Origin: Octopus vulgaris
Taxonomy: Eukaryota
Assembly (NCBI GenBank): GCA_951406725.2
Contig: OX597836.1
Location: 11,470,001-11,534,000, forward strand
Direction of reading: 5' to 3'
Length of the DNA stretch: 64,000 nt
Position 1 is the stretch's first letter; every line of letters starts with the position of its first letter. The notes beneath the pieces are model-generated. The model was not told where the DNA came from and did no database searches. It saw nothing but the letters and a program-made list of their open reading frames with translations. Both the position numbers and the translations under genes were made by a program. Below are positions 48,007 to 62,627 of the stretch, piece after piece.

Positions 48007-48720
48007 TCTATGAGTTTTCAATCAACTAAAATACTTGTTATATAATGTTTATTTTCTTTTGCGGAAAAAATTTTGTTGTTCTTTAGAAGTTTACATAATT
48101 TATCTTTTCGAAATTCCGATAATATATTGATTTTTGTCGATTATTCACAAGGCCATATTCTATCAAAGTAAGAATATTGTCAATTGAATCGATCTTGCTT
48201 GCAACAGTGTTGCTACTTGTATTATAACCTTCCTCGGTGATATGGTAGGCTGAATCAACGCGGTGGGTACGTGGGCCACAGACAGAGAAGAATATATTAA
48301 TATTCTTTGATGATAGAGACCAATGCATTCTGGGATTATTTTCTTTTTCACTGAGTTTTCTATTTTGTTTTGGGTTTTTTTTTTGGGGGGGGGGGTCACC
48401 GTTTCAGTCATTGTACAGCGGCCATTGTGGGACGCGTTATTGAGGGGTTTTAATGGAACAAGTCACTCACAGAGCACATTTTGTTTTTTTAAAATCTCGT
48501 ACTTAATCTAACGGTCTCTTTTGCCGAACACTTGCTCCAATTCACGAGGACGTAAACAAACTGACACCGGTATATATATACATATATTCATATATATATA
48601 TATATATAAATATATATTCATAAATACACATATACATGCATAGATTCATATTCATATATACATATATATCTATATATATGTATAAATATATATATATATA
48701 TTTATACACATATATATATG

Positions 48721-48775
<55 letters not shown>

Positions 48776-48858
48776 GTATGTATATATATATACATATATA
48801 TGCACACACACACAAACATACAAGTATATACTCATAAGAACAGATATGTATATATATG

Positions 48859-48948
<90 letters not shown>

Positions 48949-49188
48949 TATACTACGCGCAGGCGTGGCTGTGTGGCAAGTAGCTTACTTCCCAATCTCT
49001 TGGTTCTGAGTTCATTCCCACTGCGACCAAATCCTTTGTGGGTGGATTTCGTAGAAGGAAACTGTAACAACGAGAGAAAAATTTGAAAACAGGACAACAC
49101 AAAGAACGACCCAAAATGAGTTGTCGGCTCTGTGTGTGTGTGTGTGTATGTATGTATATATATATATATGTGTGTGTATGTGTTTGTG

Positions 49189-49219
<31 letters not shown>

Positions 49220-49231
49220 ATACTTATGTAA

Positions 49232-49270
<39 letters not shown>

Positions 49271-49272
<2 letters not shown>

Positions 49273-49450
49273 AATAATAAGGGTAAAATTAATTAATTAG
49301 TAATTAATAATTTTACCAAACAGTATTCAGTATGTAAAAGGACCATTTACAGTATATTTAAACATTACTTTATATAATTAGGGTTCAGCAAAAAAGTTTA
49401 CTTTACCACACACTTCCGGTGTGTGGTAAAGTAAATTTTTTGCTGAACCC

Positions 49451-49460
<10 letters not shown>
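49271..49460. mobile_element. TA-flanked element end with ~42-bp inverted arms (49371-49413 and 49419-49460)
   Basis: Seen directly; paralogue at 55882-56075. Confidence 0.8.
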
Positions 49461-49492
<32 letters not shown>

Positions 49493-50785
49493 CATATTTA
49501 CATATATATAAGTAACGCTATTAAGCACGCTTCCAGTCGACTAAATTACTCAGTAGACATTGGTCGGCCCGGAGTTTATAGCACAAGGCAAGAAAGACAC
49601 TTATTGAACAGCTGTGTGACACCTGAGCGCGAAACCACTTAGTAGAAAAGGTAGCTTGTAAAACCTAAACCACGCAGCCATACTTGCGCCTGTTCTTTCA
49701 TAAACAGCTTAATCTGAAGTCATTACTGCGTTATGTTACGTATATTTTATTTTAGTCTTGCACAAAGAAGCATGCGTGAGATCCTTGTTTCCGTTACGTG
49801 GAGATTGATGTATTATATCGCTGATGGCTATAATTGCATCTCCGTTTCAAATTACCAATATGCATTTCTCTATTAACGCCAAAGAACTCCGCTCTGCGAA
49901 GTTCAAGCAGTTCAAATTATACGCATGCACACGTGCACACACACACACACACACAAGCACACACAAACAAAGCATATGTAAAACTGATATATCTACTTTT
50001 ATATTACTTATATAATATATGTATAACTTTTAATGTATATATGTCTATATACATATACATACATATATAATATCTATATATGTTTATATACGTCTATATA
50101 TGTACATGTATATATACAAATATAATTATATATATATATGAATACATAAATAAGCATATATATATATTTACGCGCGCGTGTGTGTGTGTGTGTGTGCGTG
50201 TGTGTGATTACAGAGATACATAAATATCTATATCACTATGTATATAGATACATAGATATCTATATCCATATGTATATATATATACACATATATATCTATG
50301 TATGTATGTATATGTAGATAGATACATATGTATGTTAATATGTGTATACACACACACACACACACACCCATATATATAATATATGTTTGTATGTATGTAT
50401 GTATGTATGCATGTATGTAGGTATATACCAGTTGCATGATAATGTCGATATGACTTGGAGAGAGATACGCATGACGCATCTCTCATGAAAGAGGGGAACC
50501 TTTGTGTTTCGCATCTTAAGCTCCTACGAAATCACAAAATTGAAGGAGAAAAAGGACGAATGAATAAATAAATGAATGAATGAAAAAATGAATGAATTAA
50601 TTAATGAAAGAGACGCAGGAAAAATAAAGTTATTCCCAAATATGTGTAAGTCCCTGTGTTTATACCTCATTGTGAGTAAGTGTGTATGAGTATATGAGTG
50701 AGCATGTGTCTGTCTGTGTACCTGTGTGTTGTGTGTGCGTGCAAGAATGTGTAGTTGTGTCTGTCTATGTGTATCCGTATGTATG

Positions 50786-50856
<71 letters not shown>

Positions 50857-50872
50857 GCATGCATAAGAATAA

Positions 50873-50904
<32 letters not shown>

Positions 50905-50915
50905 CATACATATAT

Positions 50916-51081
50916 AGGCGCCGGAGTGGGTGTGTGGTAAGTAGCTTGCTAACCAACCACATGATTCCGGGTTCAGTCTCACTGCGTGGCATCTCGGGCA
51001 AATGTCTTCTGCTATAGGCTCGGGCCAACCAGAGCACTGCGAGTGGATTTTGTAGACGGAAACTGAAAGAAGCCTGTCGTA

Positions 51082-51150
<69 letters not shown>

Positions 51151-51364
51151 GTATGTATATGTTTGTGTGTCTGTGGTTGTCCCTCTAGCATTGCTTGACA
51201 ACCGATGCTGGTGTGTTTACGTCCCCGTCACTTAGCGGTTCGGCAAAAGAGACCGATAGAATAAGTACTGTGCTTACAAAGAATAAGTTCCGGAGTCTAT
51301 TTGCTCGACTAAGGGTGGTCCTCCAGCATGGCCACAGTCAAATGGCTGAAACAAGTAAAAGAGA
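50916..51364 (+). mobile_element. SINE family A, full length
   Basis: Homologous to the other family A copies. Confidence 0.9.
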
Positions 51365-51365
51365 A

Positions 51366-51437
<72 letters not shown>

Positions 51438-52184
51438 TATATATAATAGAAGGGAAGACGGAGGAAGAAAATCGCCAACGATTCACATATGGTTATACGG
51501 TGCATGACCTATTGGAGTTTACTCAGCTGCAGAAATTACTCAGCTATTGTCACTGGTGCCAAGCTGTATCGTTTTTTGCCTTTCCTTTGGGTAACTTTGG
51601 TGACAAGTAGAAGAGAAGCTGGTATGTACGGGTGACTGCTGCTCTTTCATATACAACCTTGCCCGGACTTGTGACTCGGAGGGGTACTTTCCAAGTGCAA
51701 TCCCATGGTCATTCATGACCGGAGAGAAATCTATATATATACTTATACGTACACGCATCTACATAGATATAGGCAGACACACGCGTGTAGGCTTATAATT
51801 TTTTTAAAAAATGGGATGGTCATATAAACGAAATAGTGTTTAAATGTCCTTATCTAGAGGAGAAAAAGCAATATCAGAAAGCTGGAGCAGAAATTAAAGA
51901 GAGAGAATAAGAAGCAACTACGGTTGAATGTATTTATTTCACATTTAATAAGCAATCACCGTAAATAGGCAACTATAATATGAAGTTAGTGTTTAAATGG
52001 GAAGTGTTTCGTTGCTTTTTGTTATAATAAAATAATTAAGTGCAACTTAAAAGGTCTAATAATGTATTTCACATTGAGGAAAAAAAACCTTGTGATGAAG
52101 AGTGATTATAACGAACACACACAAACACACACACACACACACATACATACATACAAGCATACATATATACATACATACATACAT

Positions 52185-52218
<34 letters not shown>

Positions 52219-52247
52219 ATATAAACACATATATATACATATATATG

Positions 52248-52292
<45 letters not shown>

Positions 52293-52425
52293 GTATATAT
52301 ATACATACATACACAAACACTCATACATACATACATGCATACATGCATACATATATATATATATACATATTTATATATATATATATATACATATAAACAC
52401 ATATATATATACATATGCATGCACA

Positions 52426-52462
<37 letters not shown>

Positions 52463-52945
52463 ATGTGTATACACACACGCGCATTAAAGTAAAACAATAT
52501 GTGTTTTGTTTGTTGTATTTCAAAGAAAGTCGTTGAACAAATGTAGCTTGAATAGTCTTTAGTAGAAAGTAAATTAAGAAATACAAAAAAAAATATAATA
52601 ATAATAAACGATATATTAACTTAATAGAAAAAATATATTGAGCTTAACATGATTCAATTGAATTAGGTTGTGAGGGAGGGAGAGAAAAACGAGAAAATAA
52701 AATGTTTGTTTGACAGAAGAGTTATTTTCACAAGGGAGGTAAGAAAAATTAGAAGACGACACAGAAGCTATTTAAAATGGCGACATACCCCAGTGTATAT
52801 GAGAGAAGGGTATTTAAATATCATATATCAAATACACAGGAAATATACCGCTAGGTTAGAATGTTGTCAAACAATGTTCAATGTGACATTGCAGGGCCCA
52901 CCAGCAAAGGCACGACTAAGATAAAAGCAACGACCTTTTTTGCAG

Positions 52946-52979
<34 letters not shown>

Positions 52980-52982
<3 letters not shown>

Positions 52983-53215
52983 GGTCCCGGGTTGAGTCGG
53001 GGTTAATCACAGTAAATAAGGTACTCAATACATAGCAGAGTAAATTAATTTATTTTATAGAAGGAGCTTCTACAGGACTAGAACTGTTTCATTCAAAAGA
53101 AATCATCAAGAAGCCTGCCTAAATGTATAAATGCCAAAACTACTCTTGTCACCTAGCTTCCTGATGATTTCTTTTGAATGAAACAGTTCTAGTCCTGTAG
53201 AAGATCCTTCTATAA

Positions 53216-53220
<5 letters not shown>
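52980..53220. mobile_element. (TA)n-flanked element with 65-bp inverted arms (53050-53114 and 53156-53220)
   Basis: Two mismatches between arms, 41-bp spacer, left-only extension. Confidence 0.88.
53157..53203 (+). ncRNA. type-I hammerhead ribozyme fold with true stem III (mirror copy on - at 53066-53114 has C3 changed to U)
   Basis: Stem I CUUC/GAAG; CUGAUGA 53161-53167; stem II UUC-uuuu-GAA; GAAA 53180-53183; stem III ACAG-uucuaguc-CUGU; GUA triplet ending at 53199. Confidence 0.82.
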
Positions 53221-53256
<36 letters not shown>

Positions 53257-53389
53257 TTCATTCTCTTTTAGTAATTTTTTGTTTGTTTTGCCAAATAAAC
53301 ACACGCACTATATATTCGTTTTTTCACTCGTTTATTACTGTTCTTATTCTAACTCATGGCCATTGTCCGGAAATCTTTCGTCACACATC

Positions 53390-53604
53390 TCTTTACTCTT
53401 TACTCTTTTAATTCTTTCAGTCATTTGACTGTGGCCATGCTGGAGCACCGCTTTTAGTCGAGCAAATCCACCCCATGACTTATTCTTTGTAAGCCTAGTA
53501 CTTATTCTATCAGTCTCTTTTGCCGAACCGCTAAGTTACGGCGTCGTAAAGACACTAGCATCGGTTGTCAAGCGATGTTGGGGGACAAACACAAACATAT
53601 ACAT

Positions 53605-53647
<43 letters not shown>

Positions 53648-53813
53648 TGCGACGGGCTTCTTTCAGTTTCCGTCTACCAAATCCACTTACAAGGCTTTGG
53701 TCTGCCCGAGGCTATAGTAGAAGACACTCGCCCAAGATGCTACGTAGTGTGACTGAACTCGGTACTATATGGTTGGTAAGCAAGCTACTTACCACACATC
53801 CTCTCCTGCGCCT
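53390..53813 (-). mobile_element. SINE family A, full length
   Basis: Homologous to the other family A copies. Confidence 0.9.
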
Positions 53814-55881
53814 ATAAAACATCTAACAGTATTTTCCTCTCTAACGATATTATGCTACGGGCATATGAATTTAATGTTTAATTAATTCACTGTGTGTTAA
53901 TTGAAATAGCTGTAAGGAATAATGATTGATTTGTCTTTGTTATTTACCAGCTTCAGATACATTTCTCTACCTACGTATATGATCGTATATAACCGTGTGT
54001 GTTTGTGCATGCAGAGGCGTGTTCTTTTTTTTCTGTGTCCAAAGCCACTACTCTGATGTTTATGAATACGTTGCATCATTGTCTGTTTCATGCTTTGATC
54101 AACAATTCAAGAGTTCCAGTGAGGGTTTTGGACATATATAATTGTATCCAAGAGCAGAATTATAACATTAGAAATTACATAAGCTTTTACACGTGTTTCA
54201 CAAGCAAATACTCGTATGATGTCTTGTAATCGTTACGTAAGCGATTACATAATCACATTGAGATGCTTAATTTCCAGAAGAAAATAGTAATTTACTCCAT
54301 AGTCATTTTCATTTTACTGGTTACCATCCTTAGGCTGTGTTTATCCTGGGGGTTCATGCGTCAAACGTATCGTTGTTTACATCGACATCACTATCTTTCT
54401 GGTGTAGCTATCTCAATGAGATGACTGCACCTGCTTGGAATAGCAACAAAATTTCCCTCATATTATTCTCCTTATGAAAAGGGTGAGACATTAGCTAGTA
54501 CTGTCCAACCATCGTTATCAATATAAAAATAAACGTTAGATGAAAGCGGCTGGAGTGTCTTTAGCCTTATGTCCGATCCATTGGGCATGTCAATGTGTGA
54601 GCTAAACATCAAAAGAAACCCGTACTTATTTTTCGACTACAGAAGGATGAAAAATTATGTGACCTCTGGGGCAGAATTTTAAAACCCTAACCCAAAGAGA
54701 AGCAAGAATAAGTCCCATGCATAGCATTTTCACCGACTGCTACACCAAATGTTTTAAATATTTAATAACTTGGCGACATTTCTTCCGCCCATTTATTTCC
54801 CGTTCTGAGTTGAATTACCGCTGAGATCGACTTTCATTCTTTCTAGGTTCATAAAATACGTACCAGTTAAGGACTGGGGTCGATTTAATCAACTACTTCT
54901 TAAATTTTCTTAAGTTTGCTGGCCTTGTGTCAAGAATTAAAAAGAATTATATTTGCGATATATATTAGTTCCCTTGTTTCGTTTTCTCATTGTTGTTGTT
55001 TTTAAATCTTTTTGAAAGTGTTTCTAGTTAAACCTAATTTAGTACGTTCTCGTCACAACTTGCAATCCAATAATTCTCAACCTTTAATTCTCAAACAATT
55101 AGTAATTCAATTTCAAAAGACTAGCTAAACAATCAACTATTGATTGCTTTCGACGTTCATCAAAAAACAAAATTAGAAAAAAAAAAAGATTTCGTTTTTC
55201 GTTTCGTCTTTCCAACGCTTGATTTCTTTGAAACTCTTGACACTTTTGCTCCGCTATTCAGGCAAATTAATTTTACAAGTTCCATTGCTATTAAAACGTT
55301 GATCTTTTCTTTCTTTTTTCTTTTACCCCCTTTTTTTTCTCTTTCTAGAACAAACCCTTCTTGATTGTCAATGATTGTCTTTGATATTCAATAAAAAAGA
55401 AATTAATAAACAAACAAAAAAGACCGGTCTGAAAGACATCTCTACGCTAACACCGATATCCGGTGTGTTTATGAGCGTGTAGTTTCGTTTGCATCAAGGA
55501 TTCTCGCTTGATAAAGATGGCGATACTCGTAGAAGGAAATTGCTCTGTCATGTTAGCAGTTAATAAAGACATTGGTTGACAGGGAAGAATTTATTGGAAA
55601 TCATATTTAGTTTGAGATTTTCATAGCCAGAAATAGCATAAATATTAATGCTATCGTTTTGTTGTCGTTGTTGTTGTTGTTTTTCCTGTTGGCTACCAAA
55701 AACAGTTAATTTATTTTTCGGTGCTGGCATGAGGTGGTGAGGCTAGGGTACAGTATACGGTATTTCGCTCCTTTCTCTCTCGTGGACTTCAGAAGTATAA
55801 CCGTCTTTGCCGATATTCGCTTCTGAAATGTTAAAATTGCAGGCAAGCAAAATCATTTCTAAGGATTATATATATATTGTC

Positions 55882-56075
55882 AATAATAATAAGGGTAAAA
55901 TTAATTAATTAATCAGTAATTAATAATTTTACGAAGCAGTGTTCAGTATGTAAAAGGACCATTTACGATAAATTCTTATAGTAGAAGAAATAGCTAAACT
56001 CTTTGGCTGCTCTTTCTAAAAGTTGAGTGTGTGGTAAAGCAAATTTTTTTGCTGAATCCTAATTATATAAAGTAA
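55882..56075. mobile_element. paralogue of the 49271 element with a different inversion breakpoint
   Basis: aagggtaaaattaatt...aaaaggaccatttac followed by the inverted gtgtgtggtaaagc...tgctgaatcctaattatata. Confidence 0.75.
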
Positions 56076-57229
56076 TATATATATATATATATATATAATA
56101 AATAATATCAGGGTAATAAAAATTTTAGAAATTTTTACTACCAGTGGCCTAGCGTACAAAAACATTAGTCAATAGACTATATATTATTCATATAAAATAT
56201 AGTGTACATTAAAACACATTAAGAGGCTTCCGTCATAGGAATCCATTACTCTAGAAAGAACAGTTAAAGTCCAAACCACTAATTAGGGATAAATTCTCGA
56301 AGGGAAGGAAAAGTAAAAACATTCAGCATCTAATTTAATTCCCGGACCATGACTTATTTCAGTAAATAAAAATTATTATTTACTGAGGCAAAGTCTTCAT
56401 CAGTGGTTAAGCCTTAGATTAAATATACATACAGTGAGGTCAATCCAGCATGTAAACTCATTGCTTGTACATTCTAATTTTTTTCAAGTCCACTGCGGTG
56501 GTGATGGTGGTGGTGGTGGTGGTAGTGGTAGTGGTGGTAGTAGTGGTGGTGGTGGTGGTGGTATTCATATTGTTCTTTACTATTGTCGTAGTTTTGGTTG
56601 CTGTAATTTCTGGTTGTTCTTGTGTAACTCCCTGTGCTAGTTTTGACCAAGCAGACCAACGACCACAGACCTCCAATCGTAGTCGTCTCGCGCCATCTGC
56701 ATGAAAACAAAAGCCACTCTTCCCAATGTGTCCTTATTCTAAGACCGCGGAATTTCACTCGAAGGAGATTTGACTGCTATTTCAAGATTACCGAATGACC
56801 ACGTAGAGACTCTTGCTTTGCTCCGTGCATCTGATGGTGTTCAACACTGTAGTAACATTGAAGACAAAAAGCAGTAACTAACATTAGTCTAAGAGAAAAT
56901 CACGATTTTTGTCTACTTAGAATGGTATTTCCTTGTTGCGGAATTTGCCAGAAAGCATTCTTAGATTTCGCTTTTGTATTTACTCATATGTTATCGAATA
57001 AAAATAAGCCCCGAGCAAATTGATGGCTGCCAGGTGGTTTGGATCCTTAGTTAAAACAATAGATACTTATATAAGATACTAAATTTTTCCATTAGACGTG
57101 GATGCCAAAATATGTTCACTTTCCAAAATGTAGACATTTTCTGTCTTGTCAAAACTCACACACATTTCTTCATTTTAAGTGAAATGTAAGTGTAAATTGT
57201 TATTCTACCCAGTGATGTTTAAGTTATAT

Positions 57230-57613
57230 AGGCGCAGGAGTGGCTGTGTGGTAAGTAGCTTGCTAACCAGCCACATGGTTCCGGGTTTAGTCCCACTGCG
57301 TGGCATCTTGGGCAAGTGTCTTCTGCTATAGCCCCGGGCCGACCAATGCCTTGTGAGTGGATTTGGTAGACGGAAACTGAAAGAAGCCTGTCGTATATAT
57401 GCATGTGTGTGTTTGCGAGTCTGTGTTTGTCCCCCTAGCATTGCTTGACAACCGATGCTGGTGTGTTTACGTCCCCGTAACTTAGCGGTTCGGCAAAAGA
57501 GACCGATAGAATAAGTACTGGGCTTACAAAGAATAAGTCCCAGGGTCGATTTGCTCGACTAAAGGCGATGCTCCAGCATGGCCGCAGTCAAATGACCGAA
57601 ACAAGTAAAAGAG
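57230..57613 (+). mobile_element. SINE family A, full length, least expanded copy
   Basis: A and B boxes, cttgggcaagt segment, short internal TA/TG tract, gtaaaagag tail. Confidence 0.93.
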
Positions 57614-58379
57614 TATATATATATATATATATATACTCTTTAAAAAAAAAAAAAAAATGTGTTTTCTTTCTTTTAAATTATAGGATCAATGAGAATAAGA
57701 GAGATTACGAGCGAGAGCGAAATAAAAGAGTGGTTAAATATGCCAGTTTCAAAGAATTTATCAATGTGTCATAGAAATTTTTTTAATTCTTGAGAGGATT
57801 TTTCTGTTGAAGTAAAAATAAAAAGCGCATCAACACCTTTTTCGTGATCGTTTACGGCCGAACGCAAAGTGCACGGTAGCACGCCATATTACAATCGTTT
57901 CATTATTAAAATGAAGCTTTGAGATTGCTTCAAATGAGAGAAAGAAAGATAAGAGAGACAAAGAGAAAGGAAAAGTGAGAAAGTGAGAAATAGGAGTGTA
58001 GGGGAGAGCTGTTAATTTCAAAGAGTTTATCAGTTTCTCCTAGAATTCCTTGGAATTCTTCCCATGGGTTTACGCTGGAAGGCTGTTATGAAAACATCAC
58101 CAACATTTCTATGATTCGTCGTGACACAATGCAAAACACGTTAACAAAGTGTGTTTTGTTATCATTCTTTCACTCTGAGGATGAGGCCTGAAAGAGCTTC
58201 GAAACGTTGACGGACTAATGGGTTTAGACAGGCTAATATTTCTAAATCACATTAAACGATTAATACAGATATGTCGAAAAATCAGTAAAGGAAAAGATTT
58301 CTTAGAACGTATGGACATTTTTGAGCTGAAGATATAACTAGATGCCAGAGAAATGTATATCTGAGCAAGAGATATACAT

Positions 58380-58752
58380 AGGCGCATGCGTGGTTCTGTA
58401 ATGAGACGCTTGCTTCCCAGCCAAATAATTCCGGGTTCGTTCCCACTGCGTGGTATTATGGGCAAGTATCGTCTACTATAGCTTCGGGTTGACCAAAGAC
58501 TTGTGAGTGGATCTAGTAGACAGAAACTGAAAGAATCCCCTCATACGTGTGTGTGTGTGTCTTTGAGTCTGTGTTTGTGGCTCCCCACTGCTTGACAAAC
58601 GATGTTGGTGCGTTTACGTCTGCGTAACTTAGCGGTTCGGCAAATGGAATTAAATAGTATGAGTACTAGGCTTCAGATAAATAAGTAATGGGGCCAATTT
58701 GTTCGATTAAAACCCCAGCATGGCCGCAGTCAAATGACTGAAATAAGTAAAA
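58380..58752 (+). mobile_element. diverged SINE family A
   Basis: Homologous to the other family A copies. Confidence 0.8.
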
Positions 58753-59214
58753 CATAAGAAGATATAAGATATAAAAATCCTTCAATGAAGTGTTTACACT
58801 CGGTATCTACCATCTTTAAAAAACAACGTCCATACGTGTGAGTATATGTACGTATGCATGTATGTATACAGACACACTCACACATACACAAGCACACACA
58901 AACACACACACAAACAGGCGCACCCACACACAAAGAAGCACATTTGTATGATTTTGCCGATAGGAAAGTCAAAGAAACGAGAAGCAAAAAGTAACGTTAC
59001 CCGCAAGATAACTCATTACTAAAACGGATTGGTTATTAGATAGAAAGGTATTAAAATCAGTAGATATGTAAATATGGGTATGGCATAGTGAAGGAGAAAG
59101 ATTATTTAGGAGATATGGAAATTTTGAGCTGTAAAAAGACGAGGCATTGGAGAAATATAGGTGTGGGCATGAGATATTCATACATACATATATACATACA
59201 TATACATATACATG

Positions 59215-59219
59215 TAGAT

Positions 59220-59250
<31 letters not shown>

Positions 59251-59342
59251 GAGACAGACAGATAGACAGATAGATAGATAGATAGATATACAAACAAACA
59301 GATAGATACGCAGACAGACTGACAGACAAATAGAGAGAGAGT

Positions 59343-59382
<40 letters not shown>

Positions 59383-59397
59383 GAGAGGGAGAGAGTT

Positions 59398-59458
<61 letters not shown>

Positions 59459-59488
59459 GTAGATAGATAGGTAGATAGAGAGAGAGAG

Positions 59489-59572
<84 letters not shown>
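59215..59572. repeat. (GATA)n/(GACA)n microsatellite
   Basis: Seen directly. Confidence 0.95.
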
Positions 59573-59574
<2 letters not shown>

Positions 59575-60723
59575 ACAGACCATAGTTAAGCGTTTTTTGT
59601 AATCCACAATAAGAAAGAAATCAATGTTGCAAACAAAAGACAGATATTGTTGTTGTCTTCTTACATCTCTTCTCTGTGGATACGGGAGTCGAAACATCTG
59701 GCCATGTTGTAAGAAGGCAATGAGCAGCAACTATAATATGCATGCATATGTGATTGCATGCACAAAATCATGTATGTACGTATGCATATATAATTATATT
59801 ATAAAGATACACAGATACACACATATACATACATCTTGCAATTTTTATATATTACAAACCGGATTTCATACATTCTCTCTAAAAATTATAGATATGTTAT
59901 TTCAGTTCTATTCTCGCTTCTAACTATTCATAATATTATTTTTTGTTGTTCGTATGTATAGTTTTTTTTTTTATTTTGGCTTAAATCACGATCTTTTCAG
60001 CAGCAGCAAATTTAATATTTATTTTCTCTAATCAACGCGATATGTTCTTGTTGCAGCCGCTAAAAGAAGCCACTGTCATCATGATTACATCCCATTTTAA
60101 TTTCAAGTGATATTAATTTTCACGAACGCAAACGAATTTACACATACATACATACATATATGTATGTATCTCTCTATACATATATTTTCATTACGAAAAA
60201 GATATGCTACAATTGATATCAGTAAGGACAATTTTTATTTACCGTATTCTTCTTTTACCACAAATCATTCATTTTGTTTCAGAAGCTACATCACAGCAGG
60301 CCATTCTTGAAATTAATGCATTGAACATTTTTTTTTTCCAACTGACTTCCAGAAAGATATATTTCAGAAGAATTCTGCCAAGAAATCTTTCCAATTCTCC
60401 CATTTCTTTCTCCATTATTTTCTCTCGTTATCTTTTCCCCTATTCTTGCTTTTTCCTCTTTCTCTCTATTTTCCAGCCTCTATTTCTACTCTATCACTCA
60501 TCTCTCTTTCCCTCTCTCTCTTTCTCTCTCATTATTCTCTTTCTTGTTGTGTTGTGTGTCATCAATTTAGATAATTAAACTATTCTTTAAAATGACATGA
60601 ATTTTAAGAAAATTACCGAATAAAGCAACGAGAAAGAATCGTAAAAATAGTTAGATGGAATTTTCGATTTATTGTACTGTCAAGTTAATAATATCAATCC
60701 CTTTTAACGAACGAATACATACA

Positions 60724-60797
<74 letters not shown>

Positions 60798-60978
60798 CAT
60801 ATATAATATAGCTACATGTACGTACACACACACATATATATATATATATGTGTGTGTGTATATATGTGCATATGCATGCATATACATGCATATAAATATA
60901 CATATATATATATATGTACATATGCATGCATATACATGCATATAAATATACATATATATTTATATATATATAAATATT

Positions 60979-61063
<85 letters not shown>

Positions 61064-62017
61064 AATGTTGTTCTGTTTTTCTCCTTTGCTCATAGATTTC
61101 TGTGCGTATTTATTTTTACCTCTGTTTTGCTTTCATTCTAATTTCAATTATTCCTATTGTTATTAGCTGTTTATCAATGGGACTCACAGACCACACAACT
61201 GGAACATAATTCCCAGCAATCTCAGAATGCAATCTCGGGACAACGACGAGCTTTCAATAATCATTCATTTTAATTTTCGATCTCTTCGAAAGAAACCACA
61301 TAAATATACAGAAGAAGTAATATTTCCAGTTCTAATGGATTTTAATTATTTAATGCCAGTATCTTTATGTTACAAGTTCAAATCCAACTGCGGGTACCTC
61401 TGTCTTTTGTACATGGGTTATTATTTTTTTTTTACATTTTTTTAATCAATAAAATTACGTGGTACTTTGGCATTTCGTCGGTTCCGACTTTGGGGGTTCC
61501 GATTAATCCAATGAACGGAAGAGCCGGCTGGCGAAATTAAAACATACCCCCCCCCGCGCGCATACATAAATACATACATACATGCATTTTTACTACGATT
61601 CACCATGTGGGGAGAAAATCTGTTCAATGAAACTCTTCACTATGTATATGTATATATATATATATTTATATAGAAAATAGTAAAAAGTGAAATAACTACA
61701 GAAGGCTTGTTTTAAAAGGTTAAAAAATATATATTTGAGTCATTATGTCTGAAGAATGTTATAAATTTTTTTCATACAATGACATAGTTTTTGAAGAAAT
61801 GACCGATTTCGCGTTCAGCTTTTCAAATTTCTTACATTGTTATGTTTACGTTGAGAAGTGTGAAGGAGAGAGTTCCAGGTAAGGGGAGGTAATAAGTGAT
61901 TTCTTCCGGTGTAAGGGAGATAATCGCTTAATATTTCTTGCCTTTTTTTGGGAGTGAGTTTCATTTCACACACCAACTTTCTCACCTATATATTTATATA
62001 TATATATATATATATAT

Positions 62018-62200
62018 GACCGTGATCGTGACTGACCAGGCTATCAGACGTTGCTCCGCAATGCGCTTGGCATTGTTTTAGCCTTCAAATGACGCCACCC
62101 TGCTGGCTGAGCGAGCAGGCCAACAGAAGAAAGAGTGAGAGAAAATTGTGGCGAAATAGTACAGCCGTGATCGCCACCACCCCTTGCCGGAGCCTCGTGT
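62018..62200 (-). mobile_element. SINE family E, 3' part
   Basis: Matches 46761-46866 and continues beyond it. Confidence 0.7.
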
Positions 62201-62219
62201 AACCAAAAAATGTTAACAA

Positions 62220-62576
62220 TAGGCTAAAGTATGGTTGTGTTGTTAAGAAACTCGCTTCGAAATAACGTGATTTCGGGTTCACCCCCACCGCGCGGTATCT
62301 TGGGGCAAATGTTTTCTGCTATAACCGCGCGCGTCGACCAATGCCCTGTGAATGAATTTGGAAAGCAGAAACTGTGTGGGAGACCTTGTATATAGCCACA
62401 GGCATGGATTTAGGTGCAGGCAAGGTTGTGTGGTTACGAAACTCGCCTTGCAATCATCTGATCTTGGCCTCACTTCGAGCAAGTGTCTTCTACTATAGTC
62501 ACCGGCCGTCTAATGAACTCTGAATGAATTTGGTTGAGAGAAACTGTATGGCGGCATTTTGAGCGCGGGCGCGTGA

Positions 62577-62627
<51 letters not shown>

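Noticed and set aside
57230-57300. tRNA genes at SINE heads
   Set aside because: A and B boxes are present but I could not build a full cloverleaf, and each head continues into a SINE body.
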